From Carpediemonas membranifera BICM (taxonomy: Eukaryota > Protista > Fornicata), in assembly GCA_019828565.1 (NCBI GenBank), contig JAHDYR010000012.1, forward strand, positions 930,001-994,000: DNA of 64,000 bases. The letters run 5' to 3'. Below, piece after piece: positions 52,961 through 63,713 of this stretch (the first letter of the stretch is position 1; every line of letters starts with the position of its first letter). The notes beneath the pieces were generated by a model. It saw nothing but the letters and a program-made list of their open reading frames with translations. It did not search any database and was not told where the DNA came from. A program made the translations under genes and the position numbers.

Positions 52961-55582
52961 TCAGTGACCCCTCTCCGGGGGACCGAGAGTCTCGCTCGTG
53001 TCCACGGCGTCGTCTGAGAGGTACGTCTCGATGCTCGAGTCGTCCTCGCTGCCCATCTCCTCCACGGGGTTCATCCGGGCTGGAATATTCAGCACCTCGA
53101 CGCGGCTCGACTGGGCGGGCGGCCGCATCAGCTGGGCGACCCGCTCCGCCGGGCCCATGAGCCCGTGCGGGTACAGGGCCATGCGGGGCTCCCGGGCACG
53201 GTCGATTGCGGTGTGGAGGTGGGCGATGGGCTTGTATGCGCACTTGTTCGCCTCGACCAACGGGTGAAGGGCCGCGAGCTCGGGCATGACACGGGTCGAC
53301 ACAGCGAGGAGCGGCTCGACCAGGAACTTGAAGAACGAGTGCTGGGACCCCTCTGGGTCGGGGCGGGTCCTGTCACTGAATGGACCGACCACCATGCCGA
53401 GGTGGGCCTGCAGGTCGCCCTGAATGAGGCGCTGCTCAAAGGCACGCTCGTTCCAGGCGCGGTAGAGGTTGATCGGCAGCATGTGGTTGCTGAGGTGCGC
53501 GATGCAGAGGATGGCCTGCAGCAGGAGAACCCGCTCGCTGTACTTCTCGCCAAAGGACTCGAGGCCGGCGTCGATGCGCGCGTCGAGGTCGTTGGCGACG
53601 GAGCTGACATTCGATGACGTCGTAGTCAGCACCAGCGTGATCACCGTATCCCGGATCTCCTTCCGCTGGGCGGCGGGCAGGTTGCTGAAGATGGCGCAGT
53701 CGGGCCGGGCGGTGAGCTCGAAGAAGTTAGCGAGGGCGTTGAACTCATTGGGCAGCCAGTCGTTGTACCGCACCGCCAGGAACGCCTCGATGTCGCAAAG
53801 AAAGGAGTTGGTGACACCGCTGTGGCCCAGGTCCCCGATGGCCGCGGCGAACAGCAGCGAGATGATGTCGAGATCGGTCAGCACCGACGCCACCTGCACG
53901 TTCGCGACGATCCAGAATGTTGAGTGGACGACCAGTGCGGCGCGGACGCTGTTGTGGAAGGGGTGGGGCTCGTACCGGCTGAGCATGTGGGCGAGCAGGG
54001 ACTGCAGCAGGTCCATGGGGATGTTGAACGTCTCGATGTAGTTGAAGTAGTCCACCGCCGCACAGAGCACCACCTGCAGCGCACGGCCGTCGAGCGCGTC
54101 GTTGTGGCGCTGGGTGTCAAAGCCCCAGTCGAGGAACGTCGACAGCGCCTCGAACACGGCGCCCTCGAAGTCCACCTGGCTCGTGCTGCTGTTCTTACGG
54201 CCCCCGGCCCCCGCAGGCTTGGTCTGGGGCTGCCTGCCGTCCGACACGTCCACCGACGTGGTCCCGGAGGAGTCCTGCGCCATCGTTTGTGCGAGGAGGA
54301 CGCTGAACCGCTCGTTGTGGTCGGGGAGCTGCTCGTGCCCGACACGTTGCATGCTGACGGTACGGCCGATGCTGTTGGTCACGGAGCTGCTGGAGTCATC
54401 GTGCGAGTCGTGCATGACGCCGTGGCCGGTCCAGCTACTGATGAACGATGCCGCCGCGTCTTCCTTGGTCGGGTTGCGGTGGATGATCTGGTCGACCCGG
54501 GCCTGGCACAGCCGGATCACGCGGAGATGCCGCATGTCGGTGGTCGTGCTGGCGAACGAATCCAGCAACCGCAGTACGCAGGCCACTTGCTGGTGCTGGT
54601 CGCGCGTGTCGGTCGGCATCTCCGACAGCGGGTCGAGGGAGGCGAGTATGGACGCCTTGAGGTCCTCGAGCCACATGAGGTGTGTGGCGCGAAGGGCCGC
54701 CAAGGTTTCGTCTAGGGTCCGGCCGACATCCGACACGCGCGCACGGAAGACCGTCATCAGCGCCGCGCTGAGCACGCACATGAGGCCCGCCAGACCGATC
54801 TCCGAGATGTAAGTGGGGCGGTCGAAGTCGAGCGGGATGTTGAGGGTGACGCCGATGCACACAGAAAGGGCTGAGCCCACCAGCATCGCAGACGACGAGT
54901 AGAACAGGCACACGCACAGCTCAAACGCCACAATGGGAAGGGGAAACAGGCTCGGTGGCAGGACCGCCATGCAGAACGTCGTCACGAGGGCCAGCAACCC
55001 GGCGACGCACGATGCCGCAGTACGGGCAGATGGCCCGCTCGTCAGGGTCATTGAGAGCATCAGCAGCACGGACAGGCTCTGCACAATGGCGACGGCAGCG
55101 GTGGCGCGGCTGAGGTTGTGATGCAGGATGGTGAGAAACACAGCAAGTGCCGTGACGACGATGCAGAGGGTGATCTTTGCCGCCATGGCTACGGGTGCGT
55201 TGATGAACGTGTACTCCTTGAATGCCGGTGCCAGGTTGTCGAGCAGGTTGATAATAGCCTCGCTATCGTCCTCGTCCTCTTGGTCAAACTCAGCTTCCAA
55301 AGAGGAGTTGCTCGATCGGCGCATACGGCGTACATTATAGTTAGAAGTCACTGTTGTGTCGTCGTGGGGGACAGTCTGTCCTATTGCGAGCGTGGGAAGG
55401 TTGAACGAGCCGTGCCGCGGGGAATTATCACGGATGTGCGGCTGGATCCAGCTCTCATCGATCGATTCATCTACCATAGAGCTTGCTAATGAATCAAACT
55501 CGTCTGTACTATCATCTTGTTGGTCAGTTGCCAGCATTTGGCCACTGTTCGGGGGGTAAATATCGTAAAAATGGCTGCTCAT
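52961..55582 (-). CDS. Membrane-bound class I cyclic nucleotide phosphodiesterase-like protein with degenerate active site
   Basis: About 6 hydrophobic helices, then a PDEase_I-like domain (PFHNS, DLGHSGVTNSFL, YND, QGD, SQHSFF). Confidence 0.85.
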   Translation of the reverse strand: MSSHFYDIYPPNSGQMLATDQQDDSTDEFDSLASSMVDESIDESWIQPHIRDNSPRHGSFNLPTLAIGQTVPHDDTTVTSNYNVRRMRRSSNSSLEAEFDQEDEDDSEAIINLLDNLAPAFKEYTFINAPVAMAAKITLCIVVTALAVFLTILHHNLSRATAAVAIVQSLSVLLMLSMTLTSGPSARTAASCVAGLLALVTTFCMAVLPPSLFPLPIVAFELCVCLFYSSSAMLVGSALSVCIGVTLNIPLDFDRPTYISEIGLAGLMCVLSAALMTVFRARVSDVGRTLDETLAALRATHLMWLEDLKASILASLDPLSEMPTDTRDQHQQVACVLRLLDSFASTTTDMRHLRVIRLCQARVDQIIHRNPTKEDAAASFISSWTGHGVMHDSHDDSSSSVTNSIGRTVSMQRVGHEQLPDHNERFSVLLAQTMAQDSSGTTSVDVSDGRQPQTKPAGAGGRKNSSTSQVDFEGAVFEALSTFLDWGFDTQRHNDALDGRALQVVLCAAVDYFNYIETFNIPMDLLQSLLAHMLSRYEPHPFHNSVRAALVVHSTFWIVANVQVASVLTDLDIISLLFAAAIGDLGHSGVTNSFLCDIEAFLAVRYNDWLPNEFNALANFFELTARPDCAIFSNLPAAQRKEIRDTVITLVLTTTSSNVSSVANDLDARIDAGLESFGEKYSERVLLLQAILCIAHLSNHMLPINLYRAWNERAFEQRLIQGDLQAHLGMVVGPFSDRTRPDPEGSQHSFFKFLVEPLLAVSTRVMPELAALHPLVEANKCAYKPIAHLHTAIDRAREPRMALYPHGLMGPAERVAQLMRPPAQSSRVEVLNIPARMNPVEEMGSEDDSSIETYLSDDAVDTSETLGPPERGH

Positions 55583-55624
55583 GTACGCCGTAAATCTCTC
55601 TCATCTTGAAACGCAAATGACAAT

Positions 55625-56959
55625 TTAGAACATGCTGCCGTCGCTGTCCTCCTCGCTGCTGTCCGAGCTGCTGTCCGAGCTGCTATCGGAGCTGCTATCG
55701 GAGCTGCCAGACTCGTCGTCGTCCTCCTCGACGACCACGTCGTGTCCTGTGAAAACGAACCACGGCGCCCGCCATGTCCTGGTCTTGTTGAGCTTGTCGC
55801 TGTACTGCACCACGGTCTCCTCGCCGTCGACCTCGAGGACCTTGGCGACGAAGGGGGTCGGGCCGTTTGCCGGTGCCGTTACGCCTGGCCGCACGACCAC
55901 CTCGGCCCCCACGTGGACGGGCTTGAGGCCCTTGGTGATGAGCATGCGGGCCAGCATGGCGAGGAGCGTGTGTGGAGCGTCGTCGAGCCGGCCGTTGGCG
56001 AGGGCGGCCACGGGGTTCAGCATCACCGCCGCAGACGTCACACGGTCCAGCTCAGCATCGGAGAAGGCCGCTAGGAATCGCTCGAAGTTGTCCACGGCGA
56101 CAAGGGCAGAGATCTTGTCGGCCATCAGACGCACGAGGGCAACCTTGAGCGCGGGGACGCCGAGCTCGCGGGACAGCTGGTACATGCGGCACACCATGCC
56201 CGCCAGCCCCTCCACGGCGAAGGACTCGCCGTGCTCGGGGGTGAACAGCTGGGCGCCGGCGTCGGCCAGCTCCATGGTCCCGGAATACATAAAGTCCACC
56301 GCGACCTGGACAACGGGAGCGGGGAACGGCAGAGGGAGCGATGAAACGGCCCTGTTGGCCGCGATGAGCTCCCGGATGCGGGTTGATGAGGCGGCCAGGA
56401 CGACCTTGTGTGCGGCAACCTCCCCGGCCTGGCAGACGAGGGTGAAGTCGGTCGGGAGGACGCCCTTCGAGGGGTGGATGGCGTCGAAGGTGGGGTGGGC
56501 GGCCTTGAGCCGGATTTCTTCGCCAATGGCCGTGCCTTGCTCCTTCCGGATGCGGATGCAGCGGATGCGGCAGTCCCGGCCGGAGCTGTGGTTCTGCAGC
56601 ACGGATAGCTCGATCTGGGACACCGCAGCGGGACACTTGGTGGGAAGATCGAACCACCCGGTTGCCTTGGCGAGATTATAGCGAGAGGTGACACTGGCTG
56701 TTCCGGGGGACTTTGCGACGAGACGGATAACCTTGGGGCAGTAGGACTCGTCAGAGGAGTCTAAATACACAAATACACTCGAAATAACTTCCATTGGGGA
56801 CAGGGCGAGGTATACCTTGTGTGGTGTGGAAGCGTTGGACTCCCAGTAGTTACCGGGACCCCGCATGACGTTCTGAATGTTACTGGACGCCGTATCGGAC
56901 GTCACGTTAAAGGATTTTGATAGATCAGCCGGGCACTGGCGCAGTGGTCTGAGCGGCAT
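55625..56959 (-). CDS. DOC/APC10 plus BTB/POZ domain protein
   Basis: YWES..., SDESYCPK and NHSSGRDCRIR (DOC); DFTLV...AHKVVLAASS...DFMYSG (BTB); acidic Ser tail. Confidence 0.85.
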   Translation of the reverse strand: MPLRPLRQCPADLSKSFNVTSDTASSNIQNVMRGPGNYWESNASTPHKVYLALSPMEVISSVFVYLDSSDESYCPKVIRLVAKSPGTASVTSRYNLAKATGWFDLPTKCPAAVSQIELSVLQNHSSGRDCRIRCIRIRKEQGTAIGEEIRLKAAHPTFDAIHPSKGVLPTDFTLVCQAGEVAAHKVVLAASSTRIRELIAANRAVSSLPLPFPAPVVQVAVDFMYSGTMELADAGAQLFTPEHGESFAVEGLAGMVCRMYQLSRELGVPALKVALVRLMADKISALVAVDNFERFLAAFSDAELDRVTSAAVMLNPVAALANGRLDDAPHTLLAMLARMLITKGLKPVHVGAEVVVRPGVTAPANGPTPFVAKVLEVDGEETVVQYSDKLNKTRTWRAPWFVFTGHDVVVEEDDDESGSSDSSSDSSSDSSSDSSEEDSDGSMF

Positions 56960-59900
56960 GTTTGGTTGCAATGTGCAGGTTTACGCTGGGTGCAATCCAT
57001 CACAGCCAAGGTCACCCATGGCTGGTGTGCATAATTCTGTGGCTGAATGGTCGTGTCTTGTGGCAGGCGTGTTGTGATGAAGCAGGCATGATGATTGATC
57101 AATGATAAACACGAAATCTGCACAAGCCAGGACGACGTTTTGCGCATTCAAAGCATGCACTCTGTGAGACCCTAAGTCGCGTGTCTCTCTCAGAGAGCTC
57201 TCGCAGGATTGCGGTGTCACAGACGCGGGTCAGTCCGGCAGCCGAGCCAGGTTGATGATTGCCATGATTGCAATGTCGCCTGCCGTATGGACAGCACATA
57301 CAGCGCCTCTCCTACTCCTCGGCTCTGACTCGCCTACCAGCTCGGCCGTCTTGGCCAGCGTTCTGATCCGGGCCTCAATCAGTCGGGCGGAGGCAAGACA
57401 GGAGCTGTACACCATATCATTCTCAATCTCCAGTTTCCCTTCATCGCGGGCACCCTGCTGCAGGGAAGAGCTGATTCACAGCAGCCAGTCGTAAACCTAA
57501 ACTTTTATGTATAAACGATCCGTGCCTTAGATGCCAGCGGGCATCCAGATGGTCTTGTACTCAACCGACTCGTGGAGGAACTCGAGGCCCTCGCCCTGCT
57601 CGTTGTCCATCCAGTCGCGCTGGACGCCGTGGGCGCACCAGGTGCGCTTGCAGTTGTCATGGGCGAGGTACTCGACGAAGAAGGCGGACTCGGCGTCGCC
57701 GAAGTGCCAGATCATCGTAAGGTCCTCGTGGGCAGCGATGACGCGGGAGGCCTGGGCCTGGCCGCCGGTGACGACGTTGATCACGCCAGCGGGGACGCTA
57801 GTGGTGTCGAAGATCTGGAACATGTCGGTCGCGCTGAGGGGTGGGCCTCGGAGGGCACAACAACGACAGCGTTACCGCGGGCGACAGCGGGGGCAAAGCT
57901 GGAGACAAAGCCGAGCAGGGGGTACTCCTCGGGGCAGACGATGCCGATGACACCGATGGGGTCGTTGACGGTCACGGTGAGGCCGTACACGGGCACCTCC
58001 TGCACGCGACCGCCCCACTTGTCCGCCCAGGAGGCGTACGTGAAGAGGCGCTCAATAGCCTTCTCGACCTCGGCGGTGCAGGACTCCATCGTGCGGCCAG
58101 TCATGATGTGGATGCGCTTGGCGAACTCCTCGACGCGGTAGGACAGGTTCTCGGCCATGTCGAAGAGAAGCTGGCCGCGCATGTGGGGCGCGGTCTTGGC
58201 CCAGCCGGGGGCAGCCTTGTGGGCAGCGTCGATAGCCTTGGCGACGTCGCCGGAGGTGGACTCGGCGATCTGGCCGATGACTTCACCAGTGGGGGTTCTG
58301 CACTGGTAGACGTAGTTGCTCGAGGCGGCGACCTGCTTGCCGGAGATGTAGAGCTTGGGAGACTTGTCGACAACGAGAGCGGGGTTGCCGAAGGGCACGT
58401 CGTTCTCGTCGATGATGCCGAACTGGCGGGTCGACCACTTCTCGAGGGCAGCAGCGAAGTCGCTGAGACGCTCAGTCCAGTCGTGCTTGTCGAAGGGCAT
58501 CCACTTGGGCTTGACGTAGTTCATGAGGCCCTCCTGGCCACCCCTGACGGCCGTAGCCAGTCTCCTTGCGGCCGCCGAAGGGGCCAGTGGCGTCGAACAT
58601 GTTGTAGCAGTTGACCCAGACCATACCGGCGCGGATCTGGTGGGCGACGTCGAGGGCGAGAGAGATGTTCTCGGACCAAACGCCGGAGCCGAGGCCGTAG
58701 CGCTGGTTGTTGGCCAGCTCAACGGCGTCCTTGGCGTCACGGAAGGTCATCGCGGCGACGACAGGGCCGAAGATCTCGTTCTGGACGACGGTCGAGGTGG
58801 GGCCGACGTTGGTGATGAGGGTGGGCACCCAGAAGTCACCAGTCTCGGGGATCTCGATATCGGGCTGCCAGACGTCGGCGCCCTCAGCGCGGGCCGTGTC
58901 GACGAGGCGCTGGATGCGAGCAGTGCCGGCGAGGACGGCGGACATGTCGATGCTCTTGTCGAGGGAGGTCGAGATGCGGATAGTGCTCATACGGCGGCGG
59001 ATCTTGGCGAAGAACTTCTCGGCGATAGACTCCTGCACGAGGAGACGGGAGCCGGCGGAGCAGATCTGGCCCTGGTTACGGAAGATGGCGTCCATGATGC
59101 CCTCGATGGCGCCGTCAAGGTCGGCGTCCTCGAAGATGATGTTGGGGGACTTGCCAGACATCTGGAGGGTGATGCCCTTGCCAGTGCCGGCGGTCGCCTT
59201 GCGGATGGACTGGCCGACGAGGGTCGAGCCGCAGAAGTCGACCTTTGCGACGTCGGGGTGGGAGGTGAGGCGCTCAGCCATGGCACGGCCACCGCAGACC
59301 ATGTTGATGACACCCTTGGGGAGGCCAACCTGGGCGCAGATCTCGCAGAAGGCGAGGGCGGTCAGGGGTGTGAGGGGGGCGGGCTTGACGACAACGGTGT
59401 TGCCCATAGCGAGAGCGGGGGCGACCTTCCAGGCCATCATGAGGAGGGGGAAGTTGAGGGGGGTGATGGCGGCGACGGGACCGCGGAGGGGGCCGTAGCC
59501 GGGGAGGATCTTGTCCGAGAGCTGGGCCCAGCCGGCGTGGTGGTAGAAGTGGCGGACACAGAGGGCCATGTCGATATCGCGGGCCTCGCGGATGGACTTG
59601 CCGTTGTCAAGGGCCTCGAGGACAGCGAGCAGGCCACTGTGCTTCTGGATCTGGCGGGCGATGGCGTAGATGTACTTGGCGCGGTCGTGGGGAGAAGTGG
59701 CGGCCCAGTCGGCGCGGGCGGCCTCAGCGGCGGCGACAGCCTTGTCGACACCCTCGACGCCAGCGTCGGCGACGTGGTAGAGGATCTCGCCGGTGCTGGG
59801 GGCGATGATGGGAGTCATGGCTTCCTCGTCCTCGGGGAACACCCACTCGTTGTTGATGAACATGCCGAAGCGGTGGTTGTGGCGATCAAGGTATTCCTTC

Positions 59901-60172
59901 GCCATTGCGTCGTTTTCGAATACTGGGCCGTATTCCATTGTATCGAAGAGCTGTGCGCACTTGGGTCTATTGTCCTCCATTGTTGAACAAACTGCCTATG
60001 ATCGCTTCTGTCTGCTTCGCTTTGGCATGACCTCCCTGTTGCGATCGCAATCGAACGCACGATCAAAATCAGATCTTTCATTCGGGCGCCTTGGAGAGTG
60101 ATTCCAGCCTTGTAATGACGCTATCTGACCTCAGATGTCTGTTGGAAGGGGTGGCGTCGCTTTTCGGTGTCG
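56929..60172. repeat. Left arm of ~3.24-kb inverted duplication
   Basis: Reverse complement of 60338-63580 with only a few differences; 165-bp spacer. Confidence 0.95.
57527..59980 (-). CDS. ALDH16-type tandem-domain aldehyde dehydrogenase, copy 1 (~817 aa; 2 homopolymer frameshifts)
   Basis: FDTMEYGP N-terminus, NFPL, KPAP, NQGQICSAG, EIFGPV and a second Rossmann domain. The indels at ~58540 and ~57840 are absent in copy 2. Confidence 0.9.
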
Positions 60173-60337
60173 AACAGTCGAATCTGACGGAGCACCAAAC
60201 ACGAGGACAAGAACGAATGCATCCAAGCGGAAGCTGAATCTGGATGCCTCGAGTTTACGATAGTGTTGCCTGGTAGGAGAACCCCTGCAGAGGTCTTGCT
60301 GGTTGGTACAGGAGCATTGTAAAGGAGCGCGATGACG

Positions 60338-63300
60338 CGACACCGAAAAGCGACGCCACCCCTTCCAACAGACATCTGAGGTCAGATAGCGTCATTACAA
60401 GGCTGGAATCACTCTCCAAGGCGCCCGAATGAAAGATCTGATTTTGATCGTGCGTTCGATTGCGATCGCAACAGGGAGGTCATGCCAAAGCGAAGCAGAC
60501 AGAAGCGATCATAGGCAGTTTGTTCAACAATGGAGGACAATAGACCCAAGTGCGCACAGCTCTTCGATACAATGGAATACGGCCCAGTATTCGAAAACGA
60601 CGCAATGGCGAAGGAATACCTTGATCGCCACAACCACCGCTTCGGCATGTTCATCAACAACGAGTGGGTGTTCCCCGAGGACGAGGAAGCCATGACTCCC
60701 ATCATCGCCCCCAGCACCGGCGAGATCCTCTACCACGTCGCCGACGCTGGCGTCGAGGGTGTCGACAAGGCTGTCGCCGCCGCTGAGGCCGCCCGCGCCG
60801 ACTGGGCCGCCACTTCTCCCCACGACCGCGCCAAGTACATCTACGCCATCGCCCGCCAGATCCAGAAGCACAGTGGCCTGCTCGCTGTCCTCGAGGCCCT
60901 TGACAACGGCAAGTCCATCCGCGAGGCCCGCGATATCGACATGGCCCTCTGTGTCCGCCACTTCTACCACCACGCCGGCTGGGCCCAGCTCTCGGACAAG
61001 ATCCTCCCCGGCTACGGCCCCTCCGCGGTCCCGTCGCCGCCATCACCCCCTCAACTTCCCCCTCCCTCATGATGGCCTGGAAGGTCGCCCCCGCTCTCGC
61101 TATGGGCAACACCGTTGTCGTCAAGCCCGCCCCCTCACACCCCTGACCGCCCTCGCCTTCTGCGAGATCTGCGCCCAGGTTGGCCTCCCCAAGGGTGTCA
61201 TCAACATGGTCTGCGGTGGCCGTGCCATGGCTGAGCGCCTCACCTCCCACCCCGACGTCGCAAAGGTCGACTTCTGCGGCTCGACCCTCGTCGGCCAGTC
61301 CATCCGCAAGGCGACCGCCGGCACTGGCAAGGGCATCACCCTCCAGATGTCTGGCAAGTCCCCCAACATCATCTTCGAGGACGCCGACCTTGACGGCGCC
61401 ATCGAGGGCATCATGGACGCCATCTTCCGTAACCAGGGCCAGATCTGCTCCGCCGGCTCCCGCCTCCTCGTGCAGGAGTCTATCGCCGAGAAGTTCTTCG
61501 CCAAGATCCGCCGCCGCATGAGCACTATCCGCATCTCGACCTCCCTCGACAAGAGCATCGACATGTCCGCCGTCCTCGCCGGCACTGCTCGCATCCAGCG
61601 CCTCGTCGACACGGCCCGCGCTGAGGGCGCCGACGTCTGGCAGCCCGATATCGAGATCCCCGAGACTGGTGACTTCTGGGTGCCCACCCTCATCACCAAC
61701 GTCGGCCCCACCTCGACCGTCGTCCAGAACGAGATCTTCGGCCCTGTCGTCGCCGCGATGACCTTCCGTGACGCCAAGGACGCCGTTGAGCTGGCCAACA
61801 ACCAGCGCTACGGCCTCGGCTCCGGCGTTTGGTCCGAGAACATCTCTCTCGCCCTCGACGTCGCCCACCAGATCCGCGCCGGTATGGTCTGGGTCAACTG
61901 CTACAACATGTTCGACGCCACTGGCCCCTTCGGCGGCCGCAAGGAGACTGGCTACGGCCGTCAGGGTGGCCAGGAGGGCCTCATGAACTACGTCAAGCCC
62001 AAGTGGATGCCCTTCGACAAGCACGACTGGACTGAGCGTCTCAGCGACTTCGCCGCTGCCCTCGAGAAGTGGTCGACCCGCCAGTTCGGCATCATCGACG
62101 AGAACGACGTGCCCTTCGGCAACCCCGCTCTCGTTGTCGACAAGTCTCCCAAGCTCTACATCTCCGGCAAGCAGGTCGCCGCCTCGAGCAACTACGTCTA
62201 CCAGTGCAGAACCCCCACTGGTGAGGTCATCGGCCAGATCGCCGAGTCCACCTCCGGCGACGTCGCCAAGGCTATCGACGCTGCCCACAAGGCTGCCCCC
62301 GGTTGGGCCAAGACCGCGCCCCACATGCGCGGCCAGCTTCTCTTCGACATGGCCGAGAACCTGTCCTACCGCGTCGAGGAGTTCGCCAAGCGCATCCACA
62401 TCATGACTGGCCGCACGATGGAGTCCTGCACCGCCGAGGTCGAGAAGGCTATTGAGCGCCTCTTCACGTACGCCTCCTGGGCGGACAAGTGGGGCGGTCG
62501 CGTGCAGGAGGTGCCCGTGTACGGCCTCACCGTGACCGTCAACGACCCCATCGGTGTCATCGGCATCGTCTGCCCCGAGGAGTACCCCCTGCTCGGCTTT
62601 GTCTCCAGCTTTGCCCCCGCTGTCGCCCGCGGTAACGCTGTCGTTGTTGTGCCCTCCGAGGCCCACCCCCTCAGCGCGACCGACATGTTCCAGATCTTCG
62701 ACACCACTAGCGTCCCCGCTGGCGTGATCAACGTCGTCACCGGCGGCCAGGCCCAGGCCTCCCGCGTCATCGCTGCCCACGAGGACCTTACGATGATCTG
62801 GCACTTCGGCGACGCCGAGTCCGCCTTCTTCGTCGAGTACCTCGCCCATGACAACTGCAAGCGCACCTGGTGCGCCCACGGCGTCCAGCGCGACTGGATG
62901 GACAACGAGCAGGGCGAGGGCCTCGAGTTCCTCCACGAGTCGGTTGAGTACAAGACCATCTGGATGCCCGCTGGCATCTAAGGCACGGATCGTTTATACA
63001 TAAAAAGTTTAGGTTTACGACTGGCTGCTGTGAATCAGCTCTTCCCTGCAGCAGGGTGCCCGCGATGAAGGGAAACTGGAGATTGAGAATGATATGGTGT
63101 ACAGCTCCTGTCTTGCCTCCGCCCGACTGATTGAGGCCCGGATCAGAACGCTGGCCAAGACGGCCGAGCTGGTAGGCGAGTCAGAGCCGAGGAGTAGGAG
63201 AGGCGCTGTATGTGCTGTCCATACGGCAGGCGACATTGCAATCATGGCAATCATCAACCTGGCTCGGCTGCCGGACTGACCCGCGTCTGTGACACCGCAA

Positions 63301-63580
63301 TCCTGCGAGAGCTCTCTGAGAGAGACACGCGACTTAGGGTCTCACAGAGTGCATGCTTTGAATGCGCAAAACGTCGTCCTGGCTTGTGCAGATTTCGTGT
63401 TTATCATTGATCAATCACCATGCCTGCTTCATCACAACACGCCTGCCACAAGACACGACCATTCAGCCACAGAATTCTGCACACCAGCCATGGGTGACCT
63501 TGGCTGTGATGGATTGCACCCAGCGTAAACCTGCACATTGCAACCAAACATGCCGCTCAGACCACTGCGCCAGTGCCCGG
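60338..63580. repeat. Right arm of ~3.24-kb inverted duplication
   Basis: Reverse complement of 56929-60172. Confidence 0.95.
60530..62981 (+). CDS. ALDH16-type aldehyde dehydrogenase, copy 2 (frameshifts in C-runs at 61020-61135)
   Basis: Same protein as copy 1; the indels here are absent in copy 1. Confidence 0.9.
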
Positions 63581-63713
63581 ATGACCCCCTTTACCATCTA
63601 GGTCTGGCCAGTGGAGTCGTACAGTCGCGTTAGGATGGCATATGCGGGTCCGCTCGGCACTTCGATGGCTCAATCTTTTTTCATGCCATGAAAACTGGCG
63701 AGCCCAGAAGGAA

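Noticed and set aside
57230-57494. Small ORFs between ALDH and the DOC-BTB gene
   Set aside because: They are short, with a stop in the most protein-like frame and no recognisable family; possibly a gene relic.
57781-61135. ALDH copies as pseudogenes
   Set aside because: All indels lie in C/G runs and each is absent in the other copy, so they are probably consensus errors.
58523-62936. Long antisense ORFs (487 and 744 aa; also 34457-35977, 25001-25906 and others)
   Set aside because: They are shadows caused by GC-rich codon bias and show no recognisable motifs.
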